A DNA stretch of 64,000 bases from an uncultured Alphaproteobacteria bacterium (lineage in GTDB: Bacteria; Pseudomonadota; Alphaproteobacteria; HIMB59; GCA-002718135): positions 48,782-112,781 of the forward strand of contig CACJSL010000001.1 in NCBI GenBank assembly GCA_902596065.1. Reading direction: 5' to 3'. This document shows, piece after piece, positions 18,808 to 28,314 of this stretch. The notes beneath the pieces are model-generated. The model worked only from the letters and a program-made list of their open reading frames with translations. It did not search any database and had not been told where the DNA came from. How positions within the stretch are numbered: the stretch's first letter is position 1; each line of letters opens with the position of its first letter. A program made the position numbers and the translations under genes.

Positions 18808-20098
18808 AAAAAAAAGAGAAGGCCATTCTTTAACAGAAGAAGAAATAAAATTTTTTGTTAATGGTCTAACGGACAAATCATTTTCCGATATACAGATTGC
18901 AGCTATGAGCATGGCAATCTTTTTAAATGATATGTCATCCGAAGAAACTGTATGGATGACGCATGCTATGAAAAATTCAGGCGATACTTTAGAGTGGGAA
19001 AAAATAGTAGATAGTGATTTAGTTTGTGATAAACATTCTACTGGAGGTGTTGGAGATAAAACAAGTCTTTTGTTAGCACCAATTTTAGCTGCCTGTGATT
19101 TATTTGTCCCTATGATTTCTGGAAGAGGACTTGGGCATACCGGAGGGACACTTGATAAGTTTGATGCAATACCAGGATATAATACTCAGCCAGATATTGA
19201 AACTTTTAAAAAAGTTGTCAGGGAAGTTGGGTGTGCAATTATTGGACAAACTTCCAACTTAGCTCCTGCTGATAAAAAATTATATTCTATAAGAGATGTT
19301 GTTGGGACGGTGGAGTCACTTCCACTTATCACCTCATCTATTTTGTCAAAAAAAATTGCATCCGGAGTTACATCTTTAGTTTTAGATGTAAAAGTAGGCA
19401 ATGGAGCATTTAATTCTACAATACAAATTGCAGAAAAATTAGCAAAATCCTTAGTGAATGTTGCCAAAGGTGCTGATCTAAAGTGTGAAGCTCTTATTAC
19501 TGATATGAATCAAGTTTTAGGAAAAAGTGCCGGCCACTCCTTAGAGGTTATTGAATGTATTGAATATTTAACAACAACAAAAAGAGACAAGAGACTAGAA
19601 ATTATTACCAATGATTTAGCATCTTCCCTTTTAATGATGATAAAAAATATTTCAAAAGAAGAAGCTTTAAAAAAAATAAATTCAGTTTTAGATAATGGAT
19701 TAGCTGCAGAAAAATTTGAAAAAATGGTTCATGCATTAGGGGGTAGCAATTCTTTTTTAAGCACATATGAAAAACAATTAGCCGGCAATTCTTATTCTGA
19801 AGATATTTTTTTAAATAAAAGCGGCTGGATTAAAGAAATAGATACACGAAAACTTGGCTTAACCCTTATTCAGCTTGGGGGAGGAAGAAAAAAAGTAGAT
19901 GATAAAATAAATTATCAAGTAGGTTATAATAATATTTTAGGAATAGGTGAGTATGTTGAAGAAAAAAAACCTGTATTAAAAGTTTTTGCTGATACTGAAG
20001 ACTCTTTTAAACAAATTAAAGATCAAATTATCAACTCTTTTGTTTTAACGAATCAAGAAGTAAAAAAACCTAAAAATATATATCAAGTGATAAATTAA
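18785..20098 (+). CDS. deoA: Thymidine/pyrimidine-nucleoside phosphorylase
   Basis: QEIIRKKREGHSLTEEEI N-terminus, DKHSTGGVGDK, SGRGLGHTGGTLDK. Confidence 0.9.
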   Translation: MIPQEIIRKKREGHSLTEEEIKFFVNGLTDKSFSDIQIAAMSMAIFLNDMSSEETVWMTHAMKNSGDTLEWEKIVDSDLVCDKHSTGGVGDKTSLLLAPILAACDLFVPMISGRGLGHTGGTLDKFDAIPGYNTQPDIETFKKVVREVGCAIIGQTSNLAPADKKLYSIRDVVGTVESLPLITSSILSKKIASGVTSLVLDVKVGNGAFNSTIQIAEKLAKSLVNVAKGADLKCEALITDMNQVLGKSAGHSLEVIECIEYLTTTKRDKRLEIITNDLASSLLMMIKNISKEEALKKINSVLDNGLAAEKFEKMVHALGGSNSFLSTYEKQLAGNSYSEDIFLNKSGWIKEIDTRKLGLTLIQLGGGRKKVDDKINYQVGYNNILGIGEYVEEKKPVLKVFADTEDSFKQIKDQIINSFVLTNQEVKKPKNIYQVIN

Positions 20099-20755
20099 AT
20101 GAGTACACAAATAGAAATAGATAAAAAGCTTACAAAATATTTACAAGAGATAGGATATAGATCTGATAAGATAATTGATGAATTAGTTGCTGAAACACTT
20201 GCATTAGGAAATGTTGCACGTATGCAAATTGCTCCGGAGCAAGGCCAATTTCTCGAAATCATTGTCAAAATTTCTCAAGCTAAAAATTGTTTAGAAATAG
20301 GAAGGTTTACTGGGTTAAGTTCTTTATGTATTGCAAAAGGTCTTCCTGAAAATGGGAAGTTGGTTGCCATAGATAATTCAGATGAATTTCTTTTAATGGC
20401 TGAGAAGTATTGGAAAATGGCAGAGGTAGATTCCAAAATAGAATCTATTATTGCTGATGGGGTAGAGGCAATGCAAAGTATGATTGACCGCAAGCATTTT
20501 TTTGATTTTATATTTATTGATGCTGATAAAAATAACTATCCTCACTACTATGAACTATCATTACAACTACTTAGTCCAAACGGAATTATCATTATAGATA
20601 ACATGTTATGGCATGGTGATGTAGCTGATGATAAAAAACAAGATACGCAAACCAATACAATCAGAGAACTTAATCTAAAAATACAAAAAGATGACAGAAT
20701 AAATTACTCACTTTTACCTTTATCTGACGGTCTGTCTTTTATTCAAAAAAAATAG
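20099..20755 (+). CDS. Class I SAM-dependent O-methyltransferase (family 3, caffeoyl-CoA OMT-like)
   Basis: LEIGRFTGLSSL SAM loop, FDFIFIDADKNNY motif; starts directly after the deoA stop. Confidence 0.8.
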   Translation: MSTQIEIDKKLTKYLQEIGYRSDKIIDELVAETLALGNVARMQIAPEQGQFLEIIVKISQAKNCLEIGRFTGLSSLCIAKGLPENGKLVAIDNSDEFLLMAEKYWKMAEVDSKIESIIADGVEAMQSMIDRKHFFDFIFIDADKNNYPHYYELSLQLLSPNGIIIIDNMLWHGDVADDKKQDTQTNTIRELNLKIQKDDRINYSLLPLSDGLSFIQKK

Positions 20756-20763
20756 TTCATCGT

Positions 20764-20791
20764 CTTGAAAATTATATAAAAACTCCCACAT
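20764..20791 (+). promoter_or_regulatory. Sigma-32 (RpoH)-type heat-shock promoter
   Basis: CTTGAA (20764-20769), 14-nt spacer, TCCCACAT (20784-20791), versus consensus CTTGAA-N13-15-CCCCATNT; sits upstream of hsp20. Confidence 0.55.
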
Positions 20792-20798
20792 TAGTAAT

Positions 20799-20852
20799 GT
20801 TGGTATGCCATTATGGGTGCTAACAAATTAACTTGCTTATAAAGGAGTTTTT
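20799..20852 (+). promoter_or_regulatory. ROSE-like RNA thermometer in the hsp20 5' UTR
   Basis: Hairpin 1 spans 20799-20824. Hairpin 2 spans 20830-20849: AAC-UUGCU-[UAUAA]-AGGA-GUU, the UYGCU anti-SD with a bulged G (20835) pairing the AGGAG Shine-Dalgarno. ATG at 20853. Confidence 0.55.
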
Positions 20853-21290
20853 ATGACTAGAAACCTATCCGTATGGAATTCGCTAAGACCATTTTCAGTA
20901 GGATTTGACTCTATTTTTGAAGAGTTTGATCGTATGTTAGAATCTACTGAGCGATATAATTCTAACTACCCACCTTATAACATTCGTAAAATAAATGAGA
21001 ATGATTATAAAATTGAAGTTGCTCTTGCTGGTTATAGCAAAGACGACATAGAGTTAGAATTAAAAGACAGCACATTGACTGTTCGCAATAAACAAAAAGA
21101 AAAAGTTGTTAATGATGATTCTAATGGAGTAATCCATAAAGGAATTTCCACAAGACAATTTGAGCGAGCATTTACAATATCTGAGGATATTAAAGTAAAA
21201 AATGCTGAACTACAAAATGGTCTCTTAAATATTGATTTAGAGCGTATTATTCCAGATGAAAAAAAAGCACGACTAATTAACATTAGTTAA
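20853..21290 (+). CDS. ibpA: Small heat-shock protein, Hsp20/alpha-crystallin family
   Basis: YPPYNI, alpha-crystallin domain (YKIEVALAGYSKDDIELE ... GLLNIDLER). Confidence 0.9.
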   Translation: MTRNLSVWNSLRPFSVGFDSIFEEFDRMLESTERYNSNYPPYNIRKINENDYKIEVALAGYSKDDIELELKDSTLTVRNKQKEKVVNDDSNGVIHKGISTRQFERAFTISEDIKVKNAELQNGLLNIDLERIIPDEKKARLINIS

Positions 21291-21300
21291 TTACATGGAT

Positions 21301-21327
21301 AGGGGCCTTGAAGGCCCCTTTTTTTTA
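21301..21327 (+). terminator. Rho-independent terminator
   Basis: AGGGGCC-TTGAA-GGCCCCT stem-loop followed by a run of nine T. Confidence 0.85.
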
Positions 21328-21342
21328 TTTATATAAAGTTTA

Positions 21343-22407
21343 ATGTTTTTTCGATTAATCATTATCATTTTTTTTTATTCGAGTTCTCTCTATTCATTAA
21401 CTTTAGAAAAATTTAATGTTGATCTAAGTTATCCCTGGGGAATGACGTGGGTGGATTCAACCAAGCTTTTGATTACACAAAAAAAATCTGCAGAAATAGT
21501 TTTAATTGACCTTACTAAAAACACATCAACAATTATTGATCATCAAATTCCTGTAGCGGCCTTTGGACAAGGTGGATTGCTTGATATTATAAGTGAAGGT
21601 AATGATATTTGGATTTCCTGTTCAGTTTTAAAAGAACGTCATCTGACAACAGCTATATTTAAATCTAGATTAGAAAATAATTCTTTAGTTGATTCAAAAT
21701 TAATTTTTGAAGCCGAACCATATTTTATGAATGCTAAACATTTTGGATCAAGATTAGTTCTAAAAGATGATTATCTATTTGCTAGTATTGGGGAGAGAGG
21801 TGAAGGGATGATTGCGCAAGATCCAAGCAACGCTATAGGAAGTATTATTCGTATTCACAAAGATGGAAATCCTCCAAGTGATAATCCCTATGTTGAAAAT
21901 GCCAATTGGTTACCAGAAGTGTTTCAAGTAGGAGTTCGAAATCCGCAAGGAATGAGCTTAGACCCTTTAACTAACACAGTGTATATTTCTAATCACGGTC
22001 CAAAGGGGGGAGATTTTATAGGTCCTGTTTTAAAAGGTACAAATTATGGATGGAAACGAGTTGCTTGGGGTGGAACAAATTATTCAGGAACGAAAGTTGG
22101 AGATGGTAATGCATGGGAACCGGGGTTACTTAAACCAGATTATATCTGGGTTCCTTCTATTGGTGTAGGAGGTATAAAATTTTATGAAGGTGATTTATTT
22201 CCTGAATGGCAAAACTCCTTATTAGTGGGTTCTTTAAAATTTAAATATTTATCTATTTTACACAGATCAGAAGATGGCTTTACAGAGGAAGAAATTATTT
22301 TTAAAGATAAAATTGGCCGCATAAGAGATATTGAAATTAATCAAAAAGGAGAAATATTTTTATTAGCTGATGAACCTAAAACTAGTTTATATAAACTTAC
22401 TCCTTAA
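21343..22407 (+). CDS. PQQ-dependent soluble sugar dehydrogenase (YliI/sorbosone dehydrogenase family), exported
   Basis: Signal peptide, GLLDI, RNPQGMSLDP, HGPKGGD, NYGW beta-propeller motifs. Confidence 0.82.
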   Translation: MFFRLIIIIFFYSSSLYSLTLEKFNVDLSYPWGMTWVDSTKLLITQKKSAEIVLIDLTKNTSTIIDHQIPVAAFGQGGLLDIISEGNDIWISCSVLKERHLTTAIFKSRLENNSLVDSKLIFEAEPYFMNAKHFGSRLVLKDDYLFASIGERGEGMIAQDPSNAIGSIIRIHKDGNPPSDNPYVENANWLPEVFQVGVRNPQGMSLDPLTNTVYISNHGPKGGDFIGPVLKGTNYGWKRVAWGGTNYSGTKVGDGNAWEPGLLKPDYIWVPSIGVGGIKFYEGDLFPEWQNSLLVGSLKFKYLSILHRSEDGFTEEEIIFKDKIGRIRDIEINQKGEIFLLADEPKTSLYKLTP

Positions 22408-22412
22408 ATAAA

Positions 22413-22766
22413 ATGTGGTATTTATTAATTAAAACAATACTTACAGCAGTTGTTGTAGTTCTAGTTGCTGAAATAGCTAAAAGGTCATCGCTTCTGGCAG
22501 GATTACTTGTTTCTATTCCTCTTACATCTTTCTTAGCTTTAATGTGGGTGTACTTTGATACAAAGGATAATCAAAAAATAATTGATCTATCTAACGCAAC
22601 ATTTCTAATGATTATTCCTTCTTTGGCTTTTTTTATTTTTCTACCTATTTTACTAAAGCTTAATCTACCTTTTTTTCTATCTATGGCAGCCGCAGTTTTA
22701 TTAACAGCTGGGTGTTATTGGCTTTATGTAACGATTTTAAGCAAATTGGGGCATGCTGGATTTTAG
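22413..22766 (+). CDS. Small 4-TM membrane protein (DUF3147-like)
   Basis: 117 aa, four hydrophobic segments; family assignment from recollection only. Confidence 0.45.
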   Translation: MWYLLIKTILTAVVVVLVAEIAKRSSLLAGLLVSIPLTSFLALMWVYFDTKDNQKIIDLSNATFLMIIPSLAFFIFLPILLKLNLPFFLSMAAAVLLTAGCYWLYVTILSKLGHAGF

Positions 22767-22814
22767 TATTGTTATCTATAAAAATTACTGTTAATTTTCT
22801 TCTTTAAAAGTAAC

Positions 22815-23501
22815 ATGAAACTGCTGCTATTTATTTTATTTTTATTCTGTATGCCTTTGCAGGCACACCAACCAAAGTTAATTAATTATTCTCCAACAAT
22901 TGATAATCCTCATGCTGTTATTTTTCCTGAAATATCAAAAGCTTATTACAGCAAACTAACTGGTCAGCCACATTATTATGTCATTAATAGCGAAGATGAT
23001 TTTTTATTTTATACAAGTATCTTAAGTCCAAAAATTAATGAAGAGCCCTCGAGGTTTTCTCTAGAGGTTTCAGATGGAAATCAGAATATTGTTTATAAAG
23101 TTGATGGATCAAATTTTGAATGGACAGCCTGGTATGAACCTTATGCCCGTGATTGGTATTGGAAGGGGCCCGAGATTGGTGTTGAAAGCGGGAAAGAATT
23201 TCAAACAAGTTTTACTATAGACGCTGGCACCTATTACATAAAAGTTTTTAATGAAAATAATATAGGACATTATTCACTGGCTGTTGGTGAAGCAGAATTT
23301 TTTGGATCAAATTTATGGGAACAAATATTAACATGGACACCTATTATTTTATATATCGGTCCCTATATGGATATAGTTCATTGGCAAAAATTTGATATTA
23401 GAGCATTTATCCCACATATTGCATTATTGGTTTTAATTTTTATAATTTATTTTTTAATAAAAAGAATATTTTTTAGAAAAAGAAGATACTTTGCCAAATA
23501 A
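22815..23501 (+). CDS. Exported protein with predicted N-terminal His after signal cleavage and a C-terminal TM anchor
   Basis: Signal peptide MKLLLFILFLFCMPLQA-HQPK, C-terminal hydrophobic helix then RKRRYFAK; overlaps the hupE-like gene by 11 nt. Confidence 0.5.
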   Translation: MKLLLFILFLFCMPLQAHQPKLINYSPTIDNPHAVIFPEISKAYYSKLTGQPHYYVINSEDDFLFYTSILSPKINEEPSRFSLEVSDGNQNIVYKVDGSNFEWTAWYEPYARDWYWKGPEIGVESGKEFQTSFTIDAGTYYIKVFNENNIGHYSLAVGEAEFFGSNLWEQILTWTPIILYIGPYMDIVHWQKFDIRAFIPHIALLVLIFIIYFLIKRIFFRKRRYFAK

Positions 23502-24084
23502 AATTTTTTTATTTTTAATCTTATTATCGTTTCCAGTAAACGCTCATACTTTCACTGGGATGATTGGTTTTTATGATGGACTCTCCCATCCTGTTTTAGG
23601 CATTGATCATTTTTTAGCTATGGTAAGTGTTGGTATTGTTAGTGCACAAATAGGCGGAAGAGCTATTTGGACGGTTCCTAGCACTTTTGTTGTCATGATG
23701 ATTATTGGTGGAATATTAGGGATGGTTGCAGAAATATTTTTATTAAATATTACTGAATTGTTTATTGTAATAGTTGAGATTGGAATTGTCTTATCAGTTA
23801 TTCTACTTGGATTAGCAATCGCTATTGGAAGAAAATTATCGTTAACTATAATGATGTTTTTTGTCAGCATATTTGGATTATGTCATGGGGCAGCACACGG
23901 GATGGAAATGCCATGGGCAGCTAACCCAATACTTTTTGCACTTGGTTTTTCTTCAGGTACCGCAACTCTTCATTTATTTGGTGTCATTATAGGTAGTCTT
24001 TTAATTAAAAATAATTACTCATTATTCCTATTGCGCTTTATTGGTATTGCTTCTGCTTGTTATGGAGCTTATCTTTTTATTTAG
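23491..24084 (+). CDS. HupE/UreJ family metal (Ni/Co-type) transporter
   Basis: Signal peptide ending VNA-HT, GLSHPVLGIDHFLAMVSVG, second HGxAHG motif (CHGAAHGME). Confidence 0.8.
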   Translation: MPNKIFLFLILLSFPVNAHTFTGMIGFYDGLSHPVLGIDHFLAMVSVGIVSAQIGGRAIWTVPSTFVVMMIIGGILGMVAEIFLLNITELFIVIVEIGIVLSVILLGLAIAIGRKLSLTIMMFFVSIFGLCHGAAHGMEMPWAANPILFALGFSSGTATLHLFGVIIGSLLIKNNYSLFLLRFIGIASACYGAYLFI

Positions 24085-24533
24085 ATATTTATTTTTACGT
24101 CAACTTCATCAGATAAAGAATTAGCAACAAAACAGTATCGGTGTGAACGATCTTGCATTTTTATCATTTCTTCCTTTGATACTTCAAAATTATTTGCAAA
24201 AGTGATTTGAGGATTTAATTCAATTTTAGTTACACACATCTTACCTTTTGAGCTTTTGCCAAGAAAGGCAACAGCTTTATCTTTATAATTTGTAACGGGC
24301 CACTTCATTTTAGCGGCTAGAGCTAAAAAAGTCATCATGTGACAACTGCTAATAGACGCTGCTAGTCCTTGTTCAGGATTTAAGCTATTTTTATTTCCAC
24401 CATAATCAGGAGCTGCACTAGATGGCATAGATATATCATCGTTTACAAAGATCATATGATCAGGAGAGTACTTGCCTGGCTCAAAATCTTTACCTGCTAA
24501 ATCCCAGTTTAAATTAATTGATAATTCTTCCAT
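24081..24533 (-). CDS. OsmC/Ohr family protein
   Basis: Size and ASISSCHMMTFLALAAK plus downstream Cys (MCVTKIEL) typical of OsmC-like thiol peroxidases. Confidence 0.7.
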   Translation of the reverse strand: MEELSINLNWDLAGKDFEPGKYSPDHMIFVNDDISMPSSAAPDYGGNKNSLNPEQGLAASISSCHMMTFLALAAKMKWPVTNYKDKAVAFLGKSSKGKMCVTKIELNPQITFANNFEVSKEEMIKMQDRSHRYCFVANSLSDEVDVKINI

Positions 24534-24821
24534 AAAAAAAATTCATTATTACAATTTATAAATATTGCAATAAAGATCTACAAATATTGTCATCCTTTTA
24601 ACTTAAATTTTATATTTAGAATAATTACAATAAAGACTATTTTAGTCCAGAAAATCTAGGTTTTTTTTATAAAATTTATTTTTGTTCATAATCTTGTAAA
24701 TCACATTTGTTCTTTATGAAAGAATGTGGGAAAGACATGCTTATAAGATTTAGGTCTCGTCACGACTTAACTTCCTCTTTTTGTTTTTCCCACAAATTAA
24801 AAAATATTTAAACGGGGAAAT

Positions 24822-26198
24822 ATGAAAAAATTTTTAATATCTATAATTACTTCATTATTTACTTTGGGTTTTGCTTATTCAACTTTTGCAGATGGACATA
24901 AAGTTTATGGTCCATACCCTATTACATTAAAAGGTTATGATGGAGATAAAACGAATTCAGTAAAATATACAGGTCAAATGGCAAGACAAGTTTTGCATGA
25001 CAGCTTAAAAGCTCTTGTTAAGTCAGGTGACGTAGCAAAGATGATGGCCTATTATAATGGTGAAGATAATCTAGAAATCATTGCTCCAAAATCAAAGGAT
25101 GATTTTAAAATAAAACAAACCATGGTTTCTGAAATTGGTAGTGGTAATTTATCTGGCAAAACATACAAAGGTGCTATTGCAGGATGGGGAAATCTTACAG
25201 GGCCAGAAGTATTAGAGCACATGATGAACAAAGCCGGAGAAGTTGAAGGTGGGTTCGATCCAAATACTGGTTTTGACTATACTCAATTAATTTCTAAATT
25301 TGCAATGGGGGCAGTTTTTTATAATCAAGCTGCTAACAATTATCTTGGTAAAAAAATGGAGATTGGTCAAAAACCAAATAGCGAACCATACAAAGAAGGT
25401 TCATATTATACTGGTAAAGAACATAGCTGGGACGAAGCTTTTGGATATTGGGGTTCTGCTGCGCATGCATTAACTTTGAGTGCAGAACAAAATTATAATG
25501 TTGCAAAAAGAAAAGACATGTCTTCTGCTGATTTTAATGGCGATGGAGTTGTAGATCTTTATTCTGAGTATACTTTTGCGCATGCTTATTATGCATCTAG
25601 TTATGACAAGAGTGGTAAAACTAATTATCTTGCCACTGTTAACCAAGCATTTATTGATGGAAGACAAGTAATCACAGATGCTAATGGAAGAAATTTGAAC
25701 TTTGATGAAAGAACCAAATTATTGGCTCAAAGAGATATCATTGTAGATAACTGGCAAAAAGTTATTGCTGAATCTGTTTTTAAATATGCTGGATCAACTT
25801 ATAAAGATATTGTTGCTTTAGAAATTATTATTGAGGCTAATGGTGACACATCAGATGCATTTAGAACATATGCTAAGCATTGGGGAGAACTAAAAGGATT
25901 TGCTTTAGCGCTTCAATGTGGCCCTGAAAATCTAGGCGAAACAGCTGTAAAGCTTAATCGTATGATGGGATTGGGCCCCGTTCTTTTAAATGCTTCTCAA
26001 GTTGTAGGGATAGACTCAAATGGGAACTTTATTAAAGATCAGGCTCAAGACTGGAATGAATTTAAACTTCATATGCTAAAAATTCAAAAACTTATGGTCG
26101 ATGAATTTGGAGTAGTAGCCAAAGCCAAAGATCAACTTGGCGATATGGAAGCTCTTGCTGGTAGCATGGGAAGCGCAGATTCTGCTGAAAACGACTAA
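24822..26198 (+). CDS. Abundant-type exported protein of unknown function, possibly imelysin/DUF4856-like iron-associated
   Basis: Clear signal peptide, GKEHSWDEAFGYWG block, heads an iron-uptake locus. Family assignment is tentative. Confidence 0.5.
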   Translation: MKKFLISIITSLFTLGFAYSTFADGHKVYGPYPITLKGYDGDKTNSVKYTGQMARQVLHDSLKALVKSGDVAKMMAYYNGEDNLEIIAPKSKDDFKIKQTMVSEIGSGNLSGKTYKGAIAGWGNLTGPEVLEHMMNKAGEVEGGFDPNTGFDYTQLISKFAMGAVFYNQAANNYLGKKMEIGQKPNSEPYKEGSYYTGKEHSWDEAFGYWGSAAHALTLSAEQNYNVAKRKDMSSADFNGDGVVDLYSEYTFAHAYYASSYDKSGKTNYLATVNQAFIDGRQVITDANGRNLNFDERTKLLAQRDIIVDNWQKVIAESVFKYAGSTYKDIVALEIIIEANGDTSDAFRTYAKHWGELKGFALALQCGPENLGETAVKLNRMMGLGPVLLNASQVVGIDSNGNFIKDQAQDWNEFKLHMLKIQKLMVDEFGVVAKAKDQLGDMEALAGSMGSADSAEND

Positions 26199-26211
26199 GA
26201 ATTATTGTAAA

Positions 26212-26237
26212 AGTGTGGCTTTTATTAAAGCCACACT
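26212..26237 (+). terminator. Terminator-like hairpin (attenuating, weak U tract)
   Basis: AGTGTGGCTTT-TATT-AAAGCCACACT perfect 11-bp stem, 14 nt after the stop codon. Confidence 0.6.
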
Positions 26238-26256
26238 ATAATTAATTTATCATTCT

Positions 26257-27267
26257 ATGGATTATTTTTTTGACTATACATCGCAAATAACCAATCAATT
26301 TATTGATCCTAAAAAAAGAGTATTTCTATTTTACATATTAATTTCAATATTAATTGCAACTGCTTGGTTTATGATTAATAAAAAACTTTCTCTTAAAAAA
26401 ACTCTAATTAAAATATTTGATAAAAAAATATTTTTTTCTAAATCTGCTAAGTCTGATTATAAAATTTTTTTAATAAATCAGTTAATCATGATGATCGTTT
26501 CACCTTTTTTAATTACACAACTAACAATTGCAACAGCATTGTATTTTTATTTTCATACTATTGATTGGTTAAGTGCTGGAATGTTTGTTGGAATAGCAAA
26601 AATTTATATAATTTTAAGTTTTACAATATTTCAATTTACAATTGATGATTTTAGTAAATATATAGTTCATCGATTTATGCATAAATGGCCAGTATTATGG
26701 GCTTTGCATAAAGTACATCACTCTGCAACTGTATTAACTCCTATGACAGTATTTAGAACACATCCTTTAGAAGGTATAATTTTTTCACTTAGAAGTGCTA
26801 TTACCCAAGCCATAGGAATATCTATTTTTTTCTACCTTTTTGGTAATCTTGTAAGTTTATATACCATAGTTGGTGTTAACATTTTTGTATTTGTATTTAA
26901 TATTCTTGGATCTAACTTAAGACACTCTCATATAGGAATAAGATACTGGAAATGGTTAGAATATATTTTTATTTCACCAGCTCAACATCAATTGCACCAT
27001 TCAATAGCATTTGAGCACCATGATAAAAATTTTGGGGCGGCTTTAGCTATTTGGGATTGGTTATTTGGATCACTGCACCATTCAGTAGAATTTGAAACAC
27101 TTCATTTAGGCATAAAAAAGAATCAACATGATGCAACTCATAACTTAAAAAATTTATATCTTGATCCAATTCATGAAATTAAAAAGCATATTTTTAACAA
27201 AATAAAGAAAATTAAAAATAAATTTAACAAAATAATTTTAAAAGGAAGATATATTAATGAAGTATAG
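26257..27267 (+). CDS. Fatty acid hydroxylase/sterol desaturase superfamily membrane di-iron enzyme
   Basis: Histidine boxes HRFMH, HKVHH, HQLHH plus several TM helices. Confidence 0.8.
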   Translation: MDYFFDYTSQITNQFIDPKKRVFLFYILISILIATAWFMINKKLSLKKTLIKIFDKKIFFSKSAKSDYKIFLINQLIMMIVSPFLITQLTIATALYFYFHTIDWLSAGMFVGIAKIYIILSFTIFQFTIDDFSKYIVHRFMHKWPVLWALHKVHHSATVLTPMTVFRTHPLEGIIFSLRSAITQAIGISIFFYLFGNLVSLYTIVGVNIFVFVFNILGSNLRHSHIGIRYWKWLEYIFISPAQHQLHHSIAFEHHDKNFGAALAIWDWLFGSLHHSVEFETLHLGIKKNQHDATHNLKNLYLDPIHEIKKHIFNKIKKIKNKFNKIILKGRYINEV

Positions 27268-28267
27268 CATTATAATAATCTCACTCATTATGTTATGTGC
27301 AAACAATATATTAGCAAAGGAAATTAATATTTATTCACACAGACAGCCTTTTTTAATCAATCCATTTTTAGAAGCTTTTACAAATGAAACTGGAATTAAA
27401 ACCAATGTTGTCTATTCCAAAACTGGTTTAGCTGAAAGACTTCAAGCTGAAGGTGAAAATAGTCCAGCAGATGTTATTTTGACAGTAGATATTGCAAGAC
27501 TGTATGTTTACAAAGATAAAGATTTATTAGCATCCATAGAATCTAAAAAATTAGAAAAAAATATTCCTCAACATTTGAGAAGTCCAGACAATACTTGGTT
27601 TGGTTTATCCAAAAGATCACGAGTAATAGTAGTTTCAAAAGATAGCAATGCGTTAGAAAGTATTAAAAGAATAGAAGATTTATCCGACCCTCAATGGAAG
27701 GGAAAAATTTGTTCAAGACCTGGAAGCCATGTTTACAACAGAGCATTAATGGCTTCTATTATTGCTGCCAATGGTGAGGCAAAAGCTGAAGAATGGGCAA
27801 ATGGTCTTGTTAGTAATTTGGCAAGAAGACCTCAAGGTAATGATAGGGCGCAAGTGAAAGCAATATATGAAGGACAATGTGAAATTGGCATCATTAATAA
27901 TTATTATTTTGGAAAGTTAAAATTTTCTGATGATCCAAAACAACGAGAGTGGACAAAAAATTTAAAATTGATTTTTCCTAATCAAGAAGAAGGAGATAGA
28001 GGCTCTCATGTTAATATCTCAGGTGGGGGAGTTGTTAAATTTTCAAAAAATAAAAAAGAAGCTATTGCTTTGTTAGAGTTTTTAACAAATAAAAAAGCTC
28101 AAAATCTTTATGGTGAAATTAATTTTGAATATCCAGTTAATCCAGAAATATCTCCTACAAAAGAATTATCAAGTTGGGGTACTTTTAGAGAAGATAATCT
28201 TCAAATTATAAAAATTGCTGAATTAGCACCATTAGCACAAAAAATTATTGATAGAGTTGGTTGGTAA
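27257..28267 (+). CDS. fbpA: Fe(3+) ABC transporter periplasmic binding protein
   Basis: Signal peptide, INIYSHRQP, similarity pattern of FbpA/SfuA/AfuA; SD AAAGGAAG. Confidence 0.85.
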   Translation: MKYSIIIISLIMLCANNILAKEINIYSHRQPFLINPFLEAFTNETGIKTNVVYSKTGLAERLQAEGENSPADVILTVDIARLYVYKDKDLLASIESKKLEKNIPQHLRSPDNTWFGLSKRSRVIVVSKDSNALESIKRIEDLSDPQWKGKICSRPGSHVYNRALMASIIAANGEAKAEEWANGLVSNLARRPQGNDRAQVKAIYEGQCEIGIINNYYFGKLKFSDDPKQREWTKNLKLIFPNQEEGDRGSHVNISGGGVVKFSKNKKEAIALLEFLTNKKAQNLYGEINFEYPVNPEISPTKELSSWGTFREDNLQIIKIAELAPLAQKIIDRVGW

Positions 28268-28314
28268 ATCAAATAAATATTGATAGTAAACAATGTTAAA
28301 CTATAAGATTTGTT

